64,000 nucleotides of DNA from Cetorhinus maximus. Its lineage: Eukaryota. The notes under the pieces were generated by a model. The model did not search any database. It saw only the letters and a program-made list of their open reading frames with translations, and was not told the DNA's origin. The stretch covers positions 49,476,001-49,540,000 of the forward strand of contig NC_135902.1 of NCBI RefSeq assembly GCF_964194155.1. The letters are read 5' to 3'. Every line of letters begins with the position of its first letter. Positions within the stretch are counted from its first letter, which is position 1. The position numbers and the translations under genes are program-made. Of the stretch, positions 50,599 to 64,000 are shown one piece after another.

Positions 50599-51439
50599 CT
50601 GCCCGCTAAAAAAAATCATGGTCATTACTTCAAAGTAAATATCGGTCCCTTCTTTCATTCACAATTGAAACAATTGTCACAGCTGAATGACATCTTGCCA
50701 AAAGATCAATCCTATACCATAAGTGTGTTCATTAGACCCTTTAGGACCTTAGAAAATGGAATTTAAGGTCAAAATAGCTAGAGATCCAAGATATTCACGC
50801 ACTTCTCTCCCCAACTTACACTGTAACAGTGCTGGTCCAAATAATGCAGAAAAGGGCCACAGATTGATCATCACTGAGTTATTAGGGCTGAGTTCTTAAA
50901 AGAGGGGGGGGAAAAAAACAGTTCTTTGGCCTTGAAACAAGGCAAATGGGGGAAGACCTTGTGGAGGAATACAAGAAGCTAGTTAGAAGTACAAATGGTT
51001 GATCCTGAGCACTATTTCAAGTAAAACCACAGGGGACATAGGTACAGAAAATTCAGAAAACACAAAGCACTAATTCACAGACTGATTAACATCCAGAATT
51101 ATTTTCCAGGTATGATATTTGTAGTAAAAACTCTGGAGTACTCAGAGAAAGTTGAATGGGGGAAATATAAAGTCTTATAGAAAGATAAGCTAAATGGATC
51201 AAAGTACCTCCCCTCATCTATACTCATCATTGAGATTAGAAATGTGTACACAGTTGACACATTACATACTTGTTCTAAAAATGAATATTTAGAAAACAGC
51301 TTTTTCTTTTTTCCATTAGATTAAGTTGCATATTCTATTTAAAGTGTTTTAAATAACTCAATTCATCAGTGGCCATATGAAATTTCATCCTCAAGATTAT
51401 TTTGCTATACAATTAGAAACGTTATAACATTTATATAAC

Positions 51440-51750
51440 ATACCATGGCCTTGCCCTACTTCTGAAACTTCCTCCAGTCCCACAACCCTCCAAAAACTGT
51501 TATCCTCCATTTCTGGTTTCTTCTCTTTCCCCAATTTTAATTGCTCCACCATGCCTTCAGCTGCCTAGGCCATATGCTCTGGATTTCTCTCCCTAACCCT
51601 CTCTCCCCTCCCTGACTCTTTGACTAAGCTTTCAGTCACCTATTCTAATATCACGCATGTGCTTGGTGCCAAATGCCGTTTTATAACTTTCCTTTGAAGC
51701 ACCTTGGGAAATTTAACCATGTTAAAAGTAACATATAAACAAATTGTTAT
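51440..51750 (+). mobile_element. L2 3' end
   Basis: ccatggccttgccct...gccttcagctgcctaggc...gaagcaccttggga; a further decayed copy lies at ~57330-57600. Confidence 0.7.
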
Positions 51751-54689
51751 GATATATCCTACCAACATTTACAGAAGCTTCTTAGAAAATTTGGATATCA
51801 TTTTCGTTTGTAGATAATCATAAATTTGTGACCAGGCTAAAAATGTGCATCTTGATTTGCCAGACACAAAGTTCATTGGAACATGTGAGCAACTGGGATT
51901 TTTGCTCCTTGTTAGAAAACTCACCACAAAGACTTCTCAATCGTCCTGGAATGTAATTTTAAAATCCAAAATACTGTGCTCTCAAATACTGGTTTAGTAC
52001 TATCCACATTTAAATTTATTTCTATGTGCAATGAGTCACAAAAAAAAACAAACTCTGATCCAGGGCAAGGGAATGTATTTACTAGAAGATTGCCTAAATA
52101 TTTAGAACTTTTGCCAGGGCAAATGGTCTTTGGTTATTAAAAAGCTTTTGTCACTTCCCCCTAGACAAGTTAGGAGAATGATTAAGCCCACGGACACCTC
52201 CAGAATCAATATTCCTTGATGTTAAATCAGCAATCTTGAGTAGTGAGGTGGGAACAGAAGAATGAAAATGAGACCCTATCTTGGGTAACACAGCTCAGAC
52301 TAGGAAAAATTGCCCTAAAGGGAAAACCCTAATATCAGTGGACTGCATAATTGAACTAGGATCTCACAATAAACACTCCAATATTATGACAACCAGACTA
52401 ACTTTTTTTTAAAAACTGCATCTTTAATAGACACATACTTGGTCGATCGCTGGTAAAAACAAGTAATAAACTAAAGCCCGTTAGGATGCATGTTTAACTG
52501 ACAGTCTAAAGTAGAACCATAGCTATCACTGGAGTCAGACTTTCAACTAAATCCAAAGTAGCTCCAAATTTTGGCATCATGTACCACGAAAACTTGCATG
52601 CACATTAGCCCTGTGGGTTCAGTTTCACAATACACATTCCATTGATATGAACTTAACATGAATGAAGTCCATCTTTACAAAAATGTGCTATGCAAACAGT
52701 ACAAGAGTCTACATTTTCCAATCAACTTTATTTTACCAGCATCAAGCCATTCATTTTAAACAAGTTAACACCAGCATTAAAATGACACCAATCAGAAATT
52801 TTAGGCTTAAGTGACAGTACTGCTTAACATTTTATCTTAAGCAGCCTCATATTAAATCAGATTGCTATTGGCACAAAAAAATAAAGAAACTATTTGTTAT
52901 TTGTGCTTGATTTAAAATTATTTTTCTCATCCTTTGTAACTCACTCCATATTAAGCGTCACTATCTTGAATTATTTGAGCTCATCCTAACACATACCTTG
53001 GCTGCCATTGCAATAAGCCCACTACTCCCATTTTTCTCTTGGCCCTCACGATCTTCCATTCCACACAACCCTCATTTAAGATGCTGAGTTAAAATTTTCA
53101 TTTACTGCTTGCCCAAGAAAGATGCCCTACCTTCCCTAGGCTTAGGTCAGATCAATCAACACTTTAACTTCTTCAGCCATCCTCTGTCAATCTCATCCTC
53201 ATAAAAATTCCTACGTTCATATTCTTGGCTAAGCCCTTATCATCATGCATGCATACCCACAATCTTGATCACCAACACTGCAATCCCTGACCACTCACAT
53301 CCCCCTAACTCTCCTCCAATCCCACTGTTTTCACTATCTACCCAACTCTTCCCAGCTCCCTCACAAACTCACTCACTTTTGGTTATTCTGTCAAGACAAG
53401 TCTGCCACTGATGACTTGAACTGCTTCATTATTTATTTTCAATGCCCTTGCTCCCAGCAAATTCATCGGTGTCTCTCACCATCAGCCATTCCCCAAAACA
53501 GCCTCCAACTTCACTCCTTAAGGCCAGTAGTACAAAGTTGAGCATAAAAGGATACAACTAACACAACTAGCTTTGTCAGCATTCATCTGATCTGGCTTTT
53601 CCAAGTTATGCATTACTGTGTTTCACTCTGAACTATAACTCATCGAGATTCCATGATTATCCCATACGGCAAGCATAACTTCTGGTTTCTTTTTTCACTC
53701 ATATCCATTGCTTCCTTAAACATGTCTTCCACAACCTCTTTATCATTGAGGGAAAATAACAAGGAGGAGCTCAAAGGTTTTTGTTAATCAAGACGGAAAC
53801 TATCCTTGCAGCTGGCACTTCCTTCTGTTTCTTTCGCTCAAAAGCCTAGAGTTTTCCCATCTTTTCCCAATCTAGCTCTCAACATTCATAATTTTGCAGT
53901 TTTTGCCCTTTCTCCTCTCATCTCGGTCATCTCATCGATAAGGCATTCATCCACCCGTCCTACCACAATCATTCTGCTACAAGCATGCTGAAGCCAGCTG
54001 ATTATAACATGACTGCAGAGAAATTCACAGGCAGAACTACAATGTCTCCCCAGAGAGTGAACAAAGTCAAGCATTCTTGCAGAGAATAATGATATTTCCC
54101 AATCTAGTATTCAAATGCTCATTTGTCATCTCAGGAAGCAAATATTTGATTGGAAAGCAAGACCAAGGGAAAAAACTTCAGCAATTATACAAAAATTAAT
54201 CTTCAGCTTTAGACTCACTTTGCTTTACAGTAGTGAAAGAACTAATTTAAAATATTTCTAAGATGCTATTTACAATTTTGGGCTGCACCTTCATTTCAAA
54301 AAGATCAACACTGCTACATTCTGTTGCTAGGGATAGTACTGATAGAACTGCAAAGAGGTTTACTAAGATTTCTTCCCTTGGAGGTGATGGTTTTAAAATA
54401 TGTCCAGGCAAAAGGAATTTTCTTTAGTCATTAGGGGTTGAAAGTCTGGGGCAAGTCAGCTAATGAGAGCACTTTTGGGGTGTGGTTCTTTGGTTCACCC
54501 ATGGGAACATATTCATCTGCTAGCCCTGTCTGCCTCATGTCTTTCTGGAGTCCTCAGTGCTGCCCCCTCCCCCATTCATATACCTTGCAAGCATGGCAAA
54601 CAGTGAAATGTCCCACTCTCTAGGGCGCTTTATACATGGGTCCGAGTTTTTTTTCTCTCCAGATTTTTGTCAACAGGAATATTAAATCT

Positions 54690-54873
54690 TAAATGGTTCA
54701 CCTTGTACACTTTAGCTTCCAGCCCCTCGAATTGTATTCAGGCGCCTCAGAGTGCAACATGATCTACGTAGAATATTTGAATATCATTGCACTTTCTATA
54801 ATGGCTATTTTGAAATGGTTTGCAATATTCTTTTTGATATTTTATGAATAAAAGTATATTTTTGCAAAAAAAA
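54690..54873 (+). mobile_element. poly(A)-ended retroelement 3' tail, possibly Tx1-like
   Basis: Ends ttttatgaataaaagtatatttttgc-A9; clade assignment is from recalled resemblance only. Confidence 0.4.
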
Positions 54874-55354
54874 AGTGGGTCATCTTATACACAATTATAT
54901 AAAAAGGTGATTTTCAAACTGCTTAATCTCATTTCAGTCGTCATCTTCTGGATCATGTTTTTTAATTAACTGGTATTGTCTGACATGCAAATAGGTGAAA
55001 GTGTGTGGCAGGGGTGGGGGGGATTGCAGTGCAGGTAGACAGAAAAGTTCAGTATTTTACTTTGATTTTAAATCAAAAATTCAGTGGAGCTTTAACAAGT
55101 AGCATTTCATTTGCCCAAACAGCACACTTAGTTAAGTTTAAAATTGGTGAGGTCAATTTTCACTATTCCCCTTTTTTCTACGTTAACTATCCAATATGGC
55201 CCTTGGTTACATCCCTAATCTGTCGTGATACTGGTCAGGGATGCAGTAAGCTTACTGGATAGCATCCTGTGCCTACAAAGGGTTAAAATTAGACAAGATT
55301 GCCAGCCCAGATCCCTACCCAGTGGCTCCTGCTGGAGGATTTCAAATGCAGAGA

Positions 55355-55555
55355 GTGATAATGGTCTGGAATCTGCCTCCTGCAAAGGTGTAAAGACAAT
55401 GAATAATTTCATAAGGAAATTGGATGGGCACTTGAACGAAATAAACTTACAGGGCTATGTGGACATAGCAGCAGAATGGGACTGATTGAATTGCCCTACA
55501 GATAGCTGGCACAGACCTAATGCGCTGAATGGCCTCCTGTGTCGTAATGACTTTA
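55355..55555 (+). mobile_element. CR1 3' end
   Basis: ggaaattggatgggcacttga...ctgaatggcctcctgtg. Confidence 0.75.
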
Positions 55556-58334
55556 TCTCAAGTGAAGAGGATCTAGTTCAGCTGTGATGCCTTACTTGCT
55601 GGCTAAGCTCAAACATCAATAATGTCCACTTCGATGTGATATCCAATGCCTATAAAACTACTTACTATAATGAATCAGCTGTCAAGGGAAGGAGGAAAAT
55701 TGGAGGGACAAATAAGTTAATTGCCTCAGCAATGTTAGCATATCCATTAATGTAAAGCTTAAACGTAAGAACCTCCTATCTTATCCCACCTAATGAAATC
55801 TCAACCCCACACATCCCAAGCCGCTTGACTACAAACAATCAACAACTTGCACTTATACAGTGCTTCTAATGTAGAAAAATGTTTAAAAGGCATTTCATAG
55901 TGTGTAACAATACAAAATATTGAATGTGTGCATCTGGAAATACTGTGCAATCTATAATGTAAATATATTCCATATCACACCATGACATGAGTGTAAACTT
56001 TTTGTACAACCCACTAACAAAATAAAACAGTTTAAAGATAGGTTAATTTCACAAGAACGATGTCCTATTGTATTATGTGCAATGTTGTCACAAATGGTTG
56101 TGCAACCATCACAGCGTTCCTGTAAAGAGGTTACAGACTACCATGAAGAGCAAAAATGACATCTAAAACTATGTAATTTTAGGTGCATAATAACTGTCCT
56201 AGTCTACTTAAACCTTTAAGTGTTGAAAAATAAATTATGCATACTACATAACATGGCCTCAGGCAGTAGCAGCACTATGATCAGACTCAATGCCCCTGAA
56301 CTAGGAAGATGAGCAGAATAAGTCAGAGCTGTTGCTCCTGATCATTATCTAATAACAGCAGCTGGTAAATATACATGTGAACATCAGGTGAGGACAAGAT
56401 CAGGTCTGGCGTTAACACCTTCCTCCTCCCACACCCCCTCCAACTCCACCACCAAATGATGAAAGGCCATCAACAAACTAGGCTTACACATAAAGAATGC
56501 CTACTTGAGCACAGCGCAGAGGGCTGGCAAATAAACAAGTGAGATATTTGTTAAGTATCCCACAACTAAAACAGTTTTTAAATTACTAAATGAATGTGTA
56601 AGGTATATTACTTTAATCCATATATTAAAAGACAGAGCCAATAATACAAAACTTTGTCTAAAATCAAGGAAATTCAAAAGTAGAGACTGAATTCAGTGAA
56701 ATGGAAGTAGTCACAAGGCTAATGCAAATAAGCCAAATGGCATAAAATACAAAATAAACATAAATAGTAATTTACATGAAGAGTTGTAGACAAAGTAGCA
56801 GGCTCATGCATTTTTCTATACAAATGTCTATGCTACTAATAAATAAATGTTCTCAACTTGCTGGAGAAAACAGAAATTTGAGACCACTACAAACACTTTG
56901 GAATTTTCAGGAAATCTGGCATTTGCTTGCTATGGCTATCTCTTCTTCATCACAAAATAATCTCACTGCATTATCAAATACTTGCCCCTAATTGTCTGCA
57001 CTCATAGCTTCCTTGAGTTATCTCATGTTCAAAACATCACTTCCCAGGAATACCCACTGTCACGCTACAATCTGTAGTGTTTTGACTAGTGAGTTTCTCT
57101 CAGCCGTTGCTTATATCTCAACTATTAACAATACAGAAATATACTCGAAGTGCAGTTCTGTTCAACGTCCTCCAACTCCTCCCAATTTCCCATCTACCCC
57201 CTAGCCATCAACTCTCTACTGCTCTGCATCCCCCAAATGACATCTACCATTCCTCCTTCAACGTACTAATAACTCTCAGCAGTTATTTTGATGAAGTGAC
57301 TTCTTAAGCACATCATCAAACCTGTGTCTGCTAACATACTTCCTCCTTCAATACCACAATTATGGTCTTACCTCTCCCCACCTTTAACTTTCTCCAGTGC
57401 TACAAGTTCCCGCTCTGTGCTTCTGACTCCAGCCTTTTGTGCATTCCTCTTCCTTATCTCACCATTGCCTTCAGCCTCACAAATTCCTTATCTCTCCAAT
57501 TCCCCCCTCACCCCTTAAAAGATCTTAAGATCACCTCTGACCAAGCTTTTGATCATTCCCAATACCAACTCCTTTGGCTCAGAATCCATTTTTCTGTTTC
57601 CAAAATACCAAGACTCAAGTACAAACGTAGAGGCATTGTTTTTAAAAATCTGCAAAACTGACTGCCCATTTTAAATCATTAAATGCATGCAGTCGCATTA
57701 ATTTCCAGGGTAGAATAATAAGTTACATGTAGAACATTAATGTATATTAAGCATGGCCAGCAAGCTCTTTTATTCAGCCCCCAAATTTCCTCATATTAAG
57801 TACTCAAAGCCAATTTTTAACTGCATTTAGTTTGAGAGATAAAAGCAAGTTGGAATTGGCTTTGTGTGTTTCATATAAGGAGAAGCAGTTTGTGGATTAT
57901 CTGCTCAGCTGCAGCCTTTTACACCACCCAGGTCAAAGTGGCAGAATAGAAAAGACTGGTGTCAGTTTGGTTTAAATCAACTAATTTTTGGACCAGCCTG
58001 GGAAAATTGAAGAGCAGAGGCTGAAGCTTTCTAGGCTGAAGAATCACTGCTGTTAAAGCAAAAAAGATTCAAGCCATTCTTGTACAAGCACAACATTGCA
58101 CTGTGGGCTTGCAGTAGATAGATTGTAGCTTCAGTGAATTACAGCGAGAACAAGTGAAGGGAACACTCTGTAGAGGGCATGCCTCTTCCATGCTGCATTA
58201 ACTCAACGTTAAACTACATTATAACTGATCGTAGCTGATAAAACATCCAATAGAATTGAAAATCAGGTGTTGACAATCATTAACATTCCAACTAAAACCC
58301 ACAACATTCTTTAAAAAAACGTCAATTCATCCTC

Positions 58335-58535
58335 TCAATGTTAACAGATCCTTAAAGAAGTTCCAGAATTCGGATCCGCAACTTTGCCAAAAGCTAACCA
58401 GCTCTTCCTTGGGCCATACCCTATGTGTCAAGTTTCGTTGAAATCCGTCCATTAATTTTTGAAATATGTTTACAAACAAAGACTAAAATGGAGTGAAAAC
58501 ATTACCTCTGCCCACCTTCAGTGGCAGGGTAATTA
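58335..58535 (+). mobile_element. Helentron-associated (HINE/DINE-like) non-autonomous element
   Basis: aagtttcgttgaaatccgtcc core-like motif, acaaacaaa, and terminal hairpin attacc-t-ctgcc...ggcag-ggtaat (58501-58533). Confidence 0.5.
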
Positions 58536-59429
58536 CGGCACAGGGATTCGAATGATTAGCATTGGAATCTCCCTACCTGTCACATCAGGCATATAGATTT
58601 CAAAATAACTGATGTAAAAAGAATATGAAAAGGGAAATAAACACTGGGTCATCTTTAGCAACTTCCCAATATTACCAGCTGCTTCCTAGCTTTGGGAGAA
58701 GGGAAGTGGGTGAGGAGAGGGGAAGAAGGATGAGACTGAGAACGAGACTGGGGTGAAAGGATAGGAGTGAAACTGGAGAAGATGTGCATAAGAATGATGC
58801 GAAGAGGGAAGGAGGGTTTTTTTTTTCACCTATGTTGCCTTACAGCGTCTATGTAAGGATCTTACTTTTTGGTTAAGATATCATTTTTTTTTGCGCATGG
58901 GGGTGGGGGGTGGGTGGTGCTGGGCTCAATTTTTTTTCCTTGATAGTGTATTTGGACTCAGTTCTGCATAATACTGCAGTCACTCAATGGGTTTTGACAA
59001 GAATTGGGCTGCCATCATCAAAAAGAGGTGAAATTGAGTTAAATTATGAAATACTCAATCTTCTTGTATCTCGCCATTACTCATCCAGAAAAGGCAGCAG
59101 CTGCCTGCTCCTTGACCTCAGTATTATTGTTAACAGCTTTTCACATCCTCTTCCCTGAAGATTTGGATAAGGCCATCATGTTACATACCTTGTGTACTTT
59201 TGACACCTACAGTTCCATATATGGAATTCAAAAATATTTTACATAGCACTTGTTTAACAAGGAAGGAGCTCTGATTGATTAAAATGTACAATGGTTTTCC
59301 GAATAAAAGGAAAACATATTTTTCACATCCAAACATGACCAGGCAAAGTGGTGAATAGTGCTCCCCATGTACCAAAAAGAACTTCAGCTCAGCGTTACTG
59401 TGATAATGTTTCCATTTTCTCGAATTGCA

Positions 59430-60345
59430 GTTTTTTAAAAATTCATTCATGGGATGTGGACATGGCCATTTATTGCCCATCCCTAATTGCCCTTGAGAGG
59501 GTGGTGACGAGTTGCCTTCCTGACCCTCTGGTCTGTGTGGTACACCCAAAGTGCTGTTGGGGACGGGGCGGAAGAGTTCCAGGATTTTGACCCAGCGACA
59601 ATAAAGGAATGGCGATATATTTCCAAATCAGGATGGTGAGTGGCTTGCAGGGGAACTTCCAGGCGGTGGAGTTCCCATGTGTCTGCTGCCCTTATCCTCC
59701 TAGATAGTAATGGTCATGGGTTTGGAAGGTGCTGTCTAAGGAGCCTTGGTGAGTTCCTGCAGTGCATATTGTAGACAGTACACATTGCTGCCATTGTGCG
59801 TCAGTGGTGGAGGGAATGTTTTTGGATGGGGTGCCAGTCAAGCGGGCTGCTTTGTCCTGAATGGTGTCAAGCTTCTCGAGTGCCATTGAAGCTGCACTCA
59901 TTCAGGCAAGTGGAAAATATTCCATCACACTCCTGACTTATGCCTTGTAGATAGATGGTGGACAGGCTTTGAGGAGTCAGGTGGTGAATTACTCACCGCA
60001 GGATTCCTAGCATCTGGTCTGCTCTTGTAGTTACAGTATTTATAAGGCTAGCCCAGTTCAGTTTCTGGTTAACAGTAGCCCCCCAGAATGTTTATAGTGG
60101 GGGATTCAGATTCAGCAATGGTAATGCCATTGAATATCATGGGGTGATGGTTAGATTATCTCTCATTGGAGATGGTCATTGCCTGGCACAAATATCACTT
60201 GCCACCCCAAGCCTAGATATTGTCCAGGTCTTGCTGCACTTGGACATGGACTGCTTCAGTATCTGCATCACTGCCAACGATATTGAACATTGCACAATCA
60301 CGAATATCCCCAATTCTGACCTTAAGATGGAAGGAATCATAGGCT
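59430..60345 (-). mobile_element. CR1-type LINE (46441 family) 3' ~0.9 kb
   Basis: Minus ORFs with EAVHVQVQQDLDNI and KLDTIQDKAARL; family tail at 59440-59500. Confidence 0.92.
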
Positions 60346-60751
60346 GGTACTTCCAACAATAGGGTGCACATCTCATTTATCCACTGACAAATGCAGTTTG
60401 TCGCAACTAAATAGAACATAACATCACAAACAGCACAGGCCCAAAAGGAAGGTGGATCCAGGGAGGTATAAATTATATGCAACACCAAGATTTAATGGGG
60501 GGGCATGGGTGCAATGGGCAGGAGCAAGAAATAAGAGGGGGGGGGGGGACCATAATTAATTAGTGTAAGCAATGCTATTAATTCCCATGCAAATTTAAAA
60601 TAAATTACAATGTTCAAATCATCAGGTACAATTCATTACCAATATCGTTCCTCATATGAACATAACAGAACAAGCCAAGCATTTAAGATACCCTTTTATC
60701 TGTCCTTTACAAAACATCCAACAATAAACAACTAATGTCCTAGCAACCAAT

Positions 60752-61150
60752 CTAGGGAACAGTACTATAATGGTTATCTTATGGTATTAGTAATCCTGGA
60801 TTAATGCTCAATAAATATGAGCTGGGGAATTTAAATTCAGTTAATCAAAAATAAATCTGGAATAAAAAGCTAGTATCAGTAATGGTGACCATGAAACTAC
60901 CAGGTTGTCATAAAAACCTATCTGGCTCACTGATGCCCTTCAGGGAAGGAAACCTGTTGTCCTTATTTGAACTGACCTGAATGTAGCTCCAGGCCCAAAG
61001 CAATGTGGCTTGATTCTTAACTGTCCTCTGAAATAGACTAGCAATTCACTCAACTGTATTCAAGGTGGTGGCTCACCAGCAGATTCTCAAGGACAATTAG
61101 AGATGGGCAATAAATACTGGTAGCAATATCCATATCTTGTATTCAATGAA
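60752..61150 (+). mobile_element. short element sharing head and tail with the 46441-49595 LINE
   Basis: ~60912-61063 aligns to ~46600-46727; ~61059-61120 aligns to ~49492-49554. Confidence 0.8.
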
Positions 61151-61381
61151 CATTAGGCTGAAACTAACTAATTAAAGTTGTGGTTAAAAAAAAGGCTCTT
61201 TCATTCCTTCAAAAATACATCACGTTTTCCCCACTTATTACACTTAATTCACAATCTGCCTTTTATAATTTAGTGATGTATCCTAAATTCCACAGATATT
61301 TTAAAAATCAGGAAACATGGAATGCAAAAAGATCACCTGATCAGTCCTTCTACAAATCATTCAAATATTAATTCTACTTAA

Positions 61382-61472
61382 ACAAAAATAGCTGGAAAAA
61401 CTCAGCAGGTCTGACAGCATCTGCGGAGAGGAATACAGTTAACGTTTCGAGTCCGTATGACTCTTCATCAGA
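61382..61472 (-). mobile_element. Penelope-like terminal fragment (family A)
   Basis: 15-bp TSD attaat(t/c)ctacttaa (61367-61381 / 61473-61487). Confidence 0.8.
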
Positions 61473-61473
61473 A
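61436..61473 (-). ncRNA. minimal hammerhead ribozyme motif, core intact, stem I truncated
   Basis: tt-CTGATGA-a-gagtc(atacg)gactc-GAAA-cg-TT-aactg with a perfect 5-bp stem II. Confidence 0.7.
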
Positions 61474-63576
61474 TTAATCCTACTTAACCTATTTGGGAGA
61501 AAATTCTTCACAAATACTCCTTGATTCCCAAAGGCAATCAAAGTAAAATTCCAGCAGTGTCGCAACTAAGCTTGTTTGGCGTATTGATACCAACATGCTA
61601 CAGGGAAATAGAAGTACTTAAGTCAATATGTATGGTAGCATTCTTATACGCTGTACTTAATTCATCACCTGAAATTGCTCCCAACACATCCACCTCCAGT
61701 GACAAGCCCGTATGCAATAGTACTTTATCCCAATACGACATAGCTAAAATAGCTCTCCCTAGACAAACCGCTGGGCTTTACACAATTCAAGACGACTACA
61801 GTACATGCCCATATTTACACTTCATGAAAATCCCATGGAAGAAAATATATCTGCAGCAAGGTCATGCAAACATTCCTTGTGCTAATCTTTATAATCAACT
61901 CAGACTGTCTATCTAATCCTGCATTTCCACTACCCAGCCCCAACCTGCTGGGTTTCAAAGCTAACAGTAAACCTGAACAACACAGAAACATTGATATGAT
62001 TTTTGTTTACTTCCATTACATCCATAGTAGAAGATGGAAAACATTGACCAGGATATCAATCCAATGGCACAAAACATCAAAAGGCATAATTTCACCCTTC
62101 TTTTTTTTGTTTGCTAAGCAGTCCTGAAGTTTTAACTTAGTGGCTCAGACATTGGAAAATTACCTATAATTTGGCAATTTGTATTTTCATACAGAGAAGC
62201 AACCATGAACCAATTGGAAAGGTCACACAATGCCCAGCTAAGATGGCATTTAAGCACGTCAGGAAGAAATTAAAAAAGAACCTTTGCCCTGCCATAGCTC
62301 CATGATATGTAGAACCTAGGAATTCTTCAAGAGGTACTAGCCAGGATTTTCCACTTGATCACTCACCAGCCCCTGATTTTCTTTTCATTCATCTTAATGG
62401 ACAGGAAAATCACAGAATAAAATGCAGAGATCACAACAGAAAACCCCAGCCACCGAAAGCACAAGCTGAAAAATTCCAAGCTCAGTATTTTATAGAGGAC
62501 AAAAGTTTCCCAGAACAAACGAAATTCAAAAACCCTACTTGTCAAAATATGTCACATTATACCACGACATTCCTTGCAATATAACCTCAATCATTAAAAA
62601 AATATTAAAATGCCAACACGGGACATGATTTTTTTAAAAATATTTTTCTCCTCACCAATTTATCCTTTCCCAAAGGCATCAACTCCTTAGCAGCATATGT
62701 TTGCACAAACACTGGCTCCACCATTTATCCATCAACCAAAATGATCAGTATTCAAGAGCAAGGCTTGGCAACTAGTCAATCATAGAGGTGTGACAGTCAG
62801 CCTAACCCTGTCCTTACCAAACATACACACAATCATTTCCAGCATGGTCATTAGTTAGTGATCAGCAGCATGTACCTTTAATGATTTTTCCCTGCAAGGA
62901 GATCAAATCCCTGCAACCATTCTAACTGATATGTCCTAAATTAGGGATTGAACATAGGACACCTGGTCTGAATGGCTCCTCTACTCACCTGATAAAGCCA
63001 TTTGCCATCAGCACAGCTAAAGGATAACTTAGAAGAAATAATTGATATTGTACTGTCAATAAAATATTTTGCTGCAACCCACTGGGACAGATGGATACAA
63101 TATGTTGATGCACTGCCAATCATGTATGCCATATGCCCTCAGATCCCACTTTCCTACTGAGTTTATTATTCATTGTATATCATACTGTTTTACCACATTC
63201 ACTATAGCAGCTGGGTAGAGTAGCAAGAAAAATAAAAATGGAACATTAAGATTTTACAACAACCAGGCTATATATAGAACATGCTGTCAGCAAGCTTGAA
63301 GAAATAACTGTGATCCTTCTACTCAACATGAAACTGACAATAACAAGGAATCATCAGAACCATTCAACTAAATTATTGTCCTGTATTAAGCTGCCAATCC
63401 TCTAAGAATTAATATAAATTTTACAAAGTAAGGTGGTGACTTGTTTTGGAAGCAAGAAAGTGAACTGCAATGTTTATGAATAGAATTAAGCTGATCGAAA
63501 GTAAAAGGCCCTTTTGATCTCATTCTTGCAGAATGCCAGCCCTAAGACCTTCCCTTTACAATCTTAAAACATCCAC

Positions 63577-63709
63577 CTGAAAGACAAACAAATCAGTTTA
63601 ACACCGTAACAGAAGAACACCACCATTAATGGTGTAGCAATCAAACAGTTCAATACAAGAATGATCACCTAAATTATCTTAGCGTTAAGGCTGAAATTTC
63701 CAAACTTAC
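63577..63709 (-). other. candidate 133-nt GT-AG intron between non-coding exons
   Basis: TGC|gtaagt ... aactgat-ttgtttgtctttcag|GTG; the downstream exon has early stops in all three frames. Confidence 0.45.
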
Positions 63710-64000
63710 GCACCCAGAGATGGTAACACAACGAACTCACTAACCTCAGCCTTACGGAGGAATGCTGGCATTTTATGGTGCTGACACACCCTACAGGCTT
63801 TCTACTCAAGAAATATTTAATTTCTTTCAATGCTTTAACATAAATGTGTGCGTTAGTGAAATAACTGAAGAACCAATAGGCTACTCTATCAAATAGTATG
63901 ATGGTTGTGCTTACACAGATAAATGGGTGGTAAAAATTAACAAAATTTATTTTCTCCCACATCTATAGACCACAATAGCTCAGCCTGCGGCAATTTATCT

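Noticed and set aside
51938-51949. 12-bp match (caatcgtcctgg) to the minisatellite unit
   Set aside because: Short, with no flanking similarity; compatible with chance.

Overview
AT-rich, CpG-depleted vertebrate DNA. The repeat content (HER1-like CR1 LINEs, L2, DeuSINE-type SINEs, Penelope relics) points to a cartilaginous fish, which is inferred rather than shown. No host protein-coding exon was recognised: the long ORFs are retroelement relics or a minisatellite read-through. Splice and promoter signals suggest the window lies in the introns/5' region of an unidentified minus-strand gene. Highlights: (1) a perfect 45-bp inverted repeat (16066-16110 / 16825-16869) in unique-looking DNA, whose extension on the minus strand puts a branch point-pyrimidine tract-AA pseudo-acceptor opposite a C, suggesting an ADAR-editing-gated poison exon; (2) seven minimal hammerhead-ribozyme motifs in two Penelope-like families, four of the insertions bounded by target-site duplications; (3) an ORF1-less LINE with a tRNA-like Pol III head plus a short element sharing its head and tail; (4) a perfect 31 x 25-bp minisatellite. 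Repeat boundaries were read by eye and are approximate.
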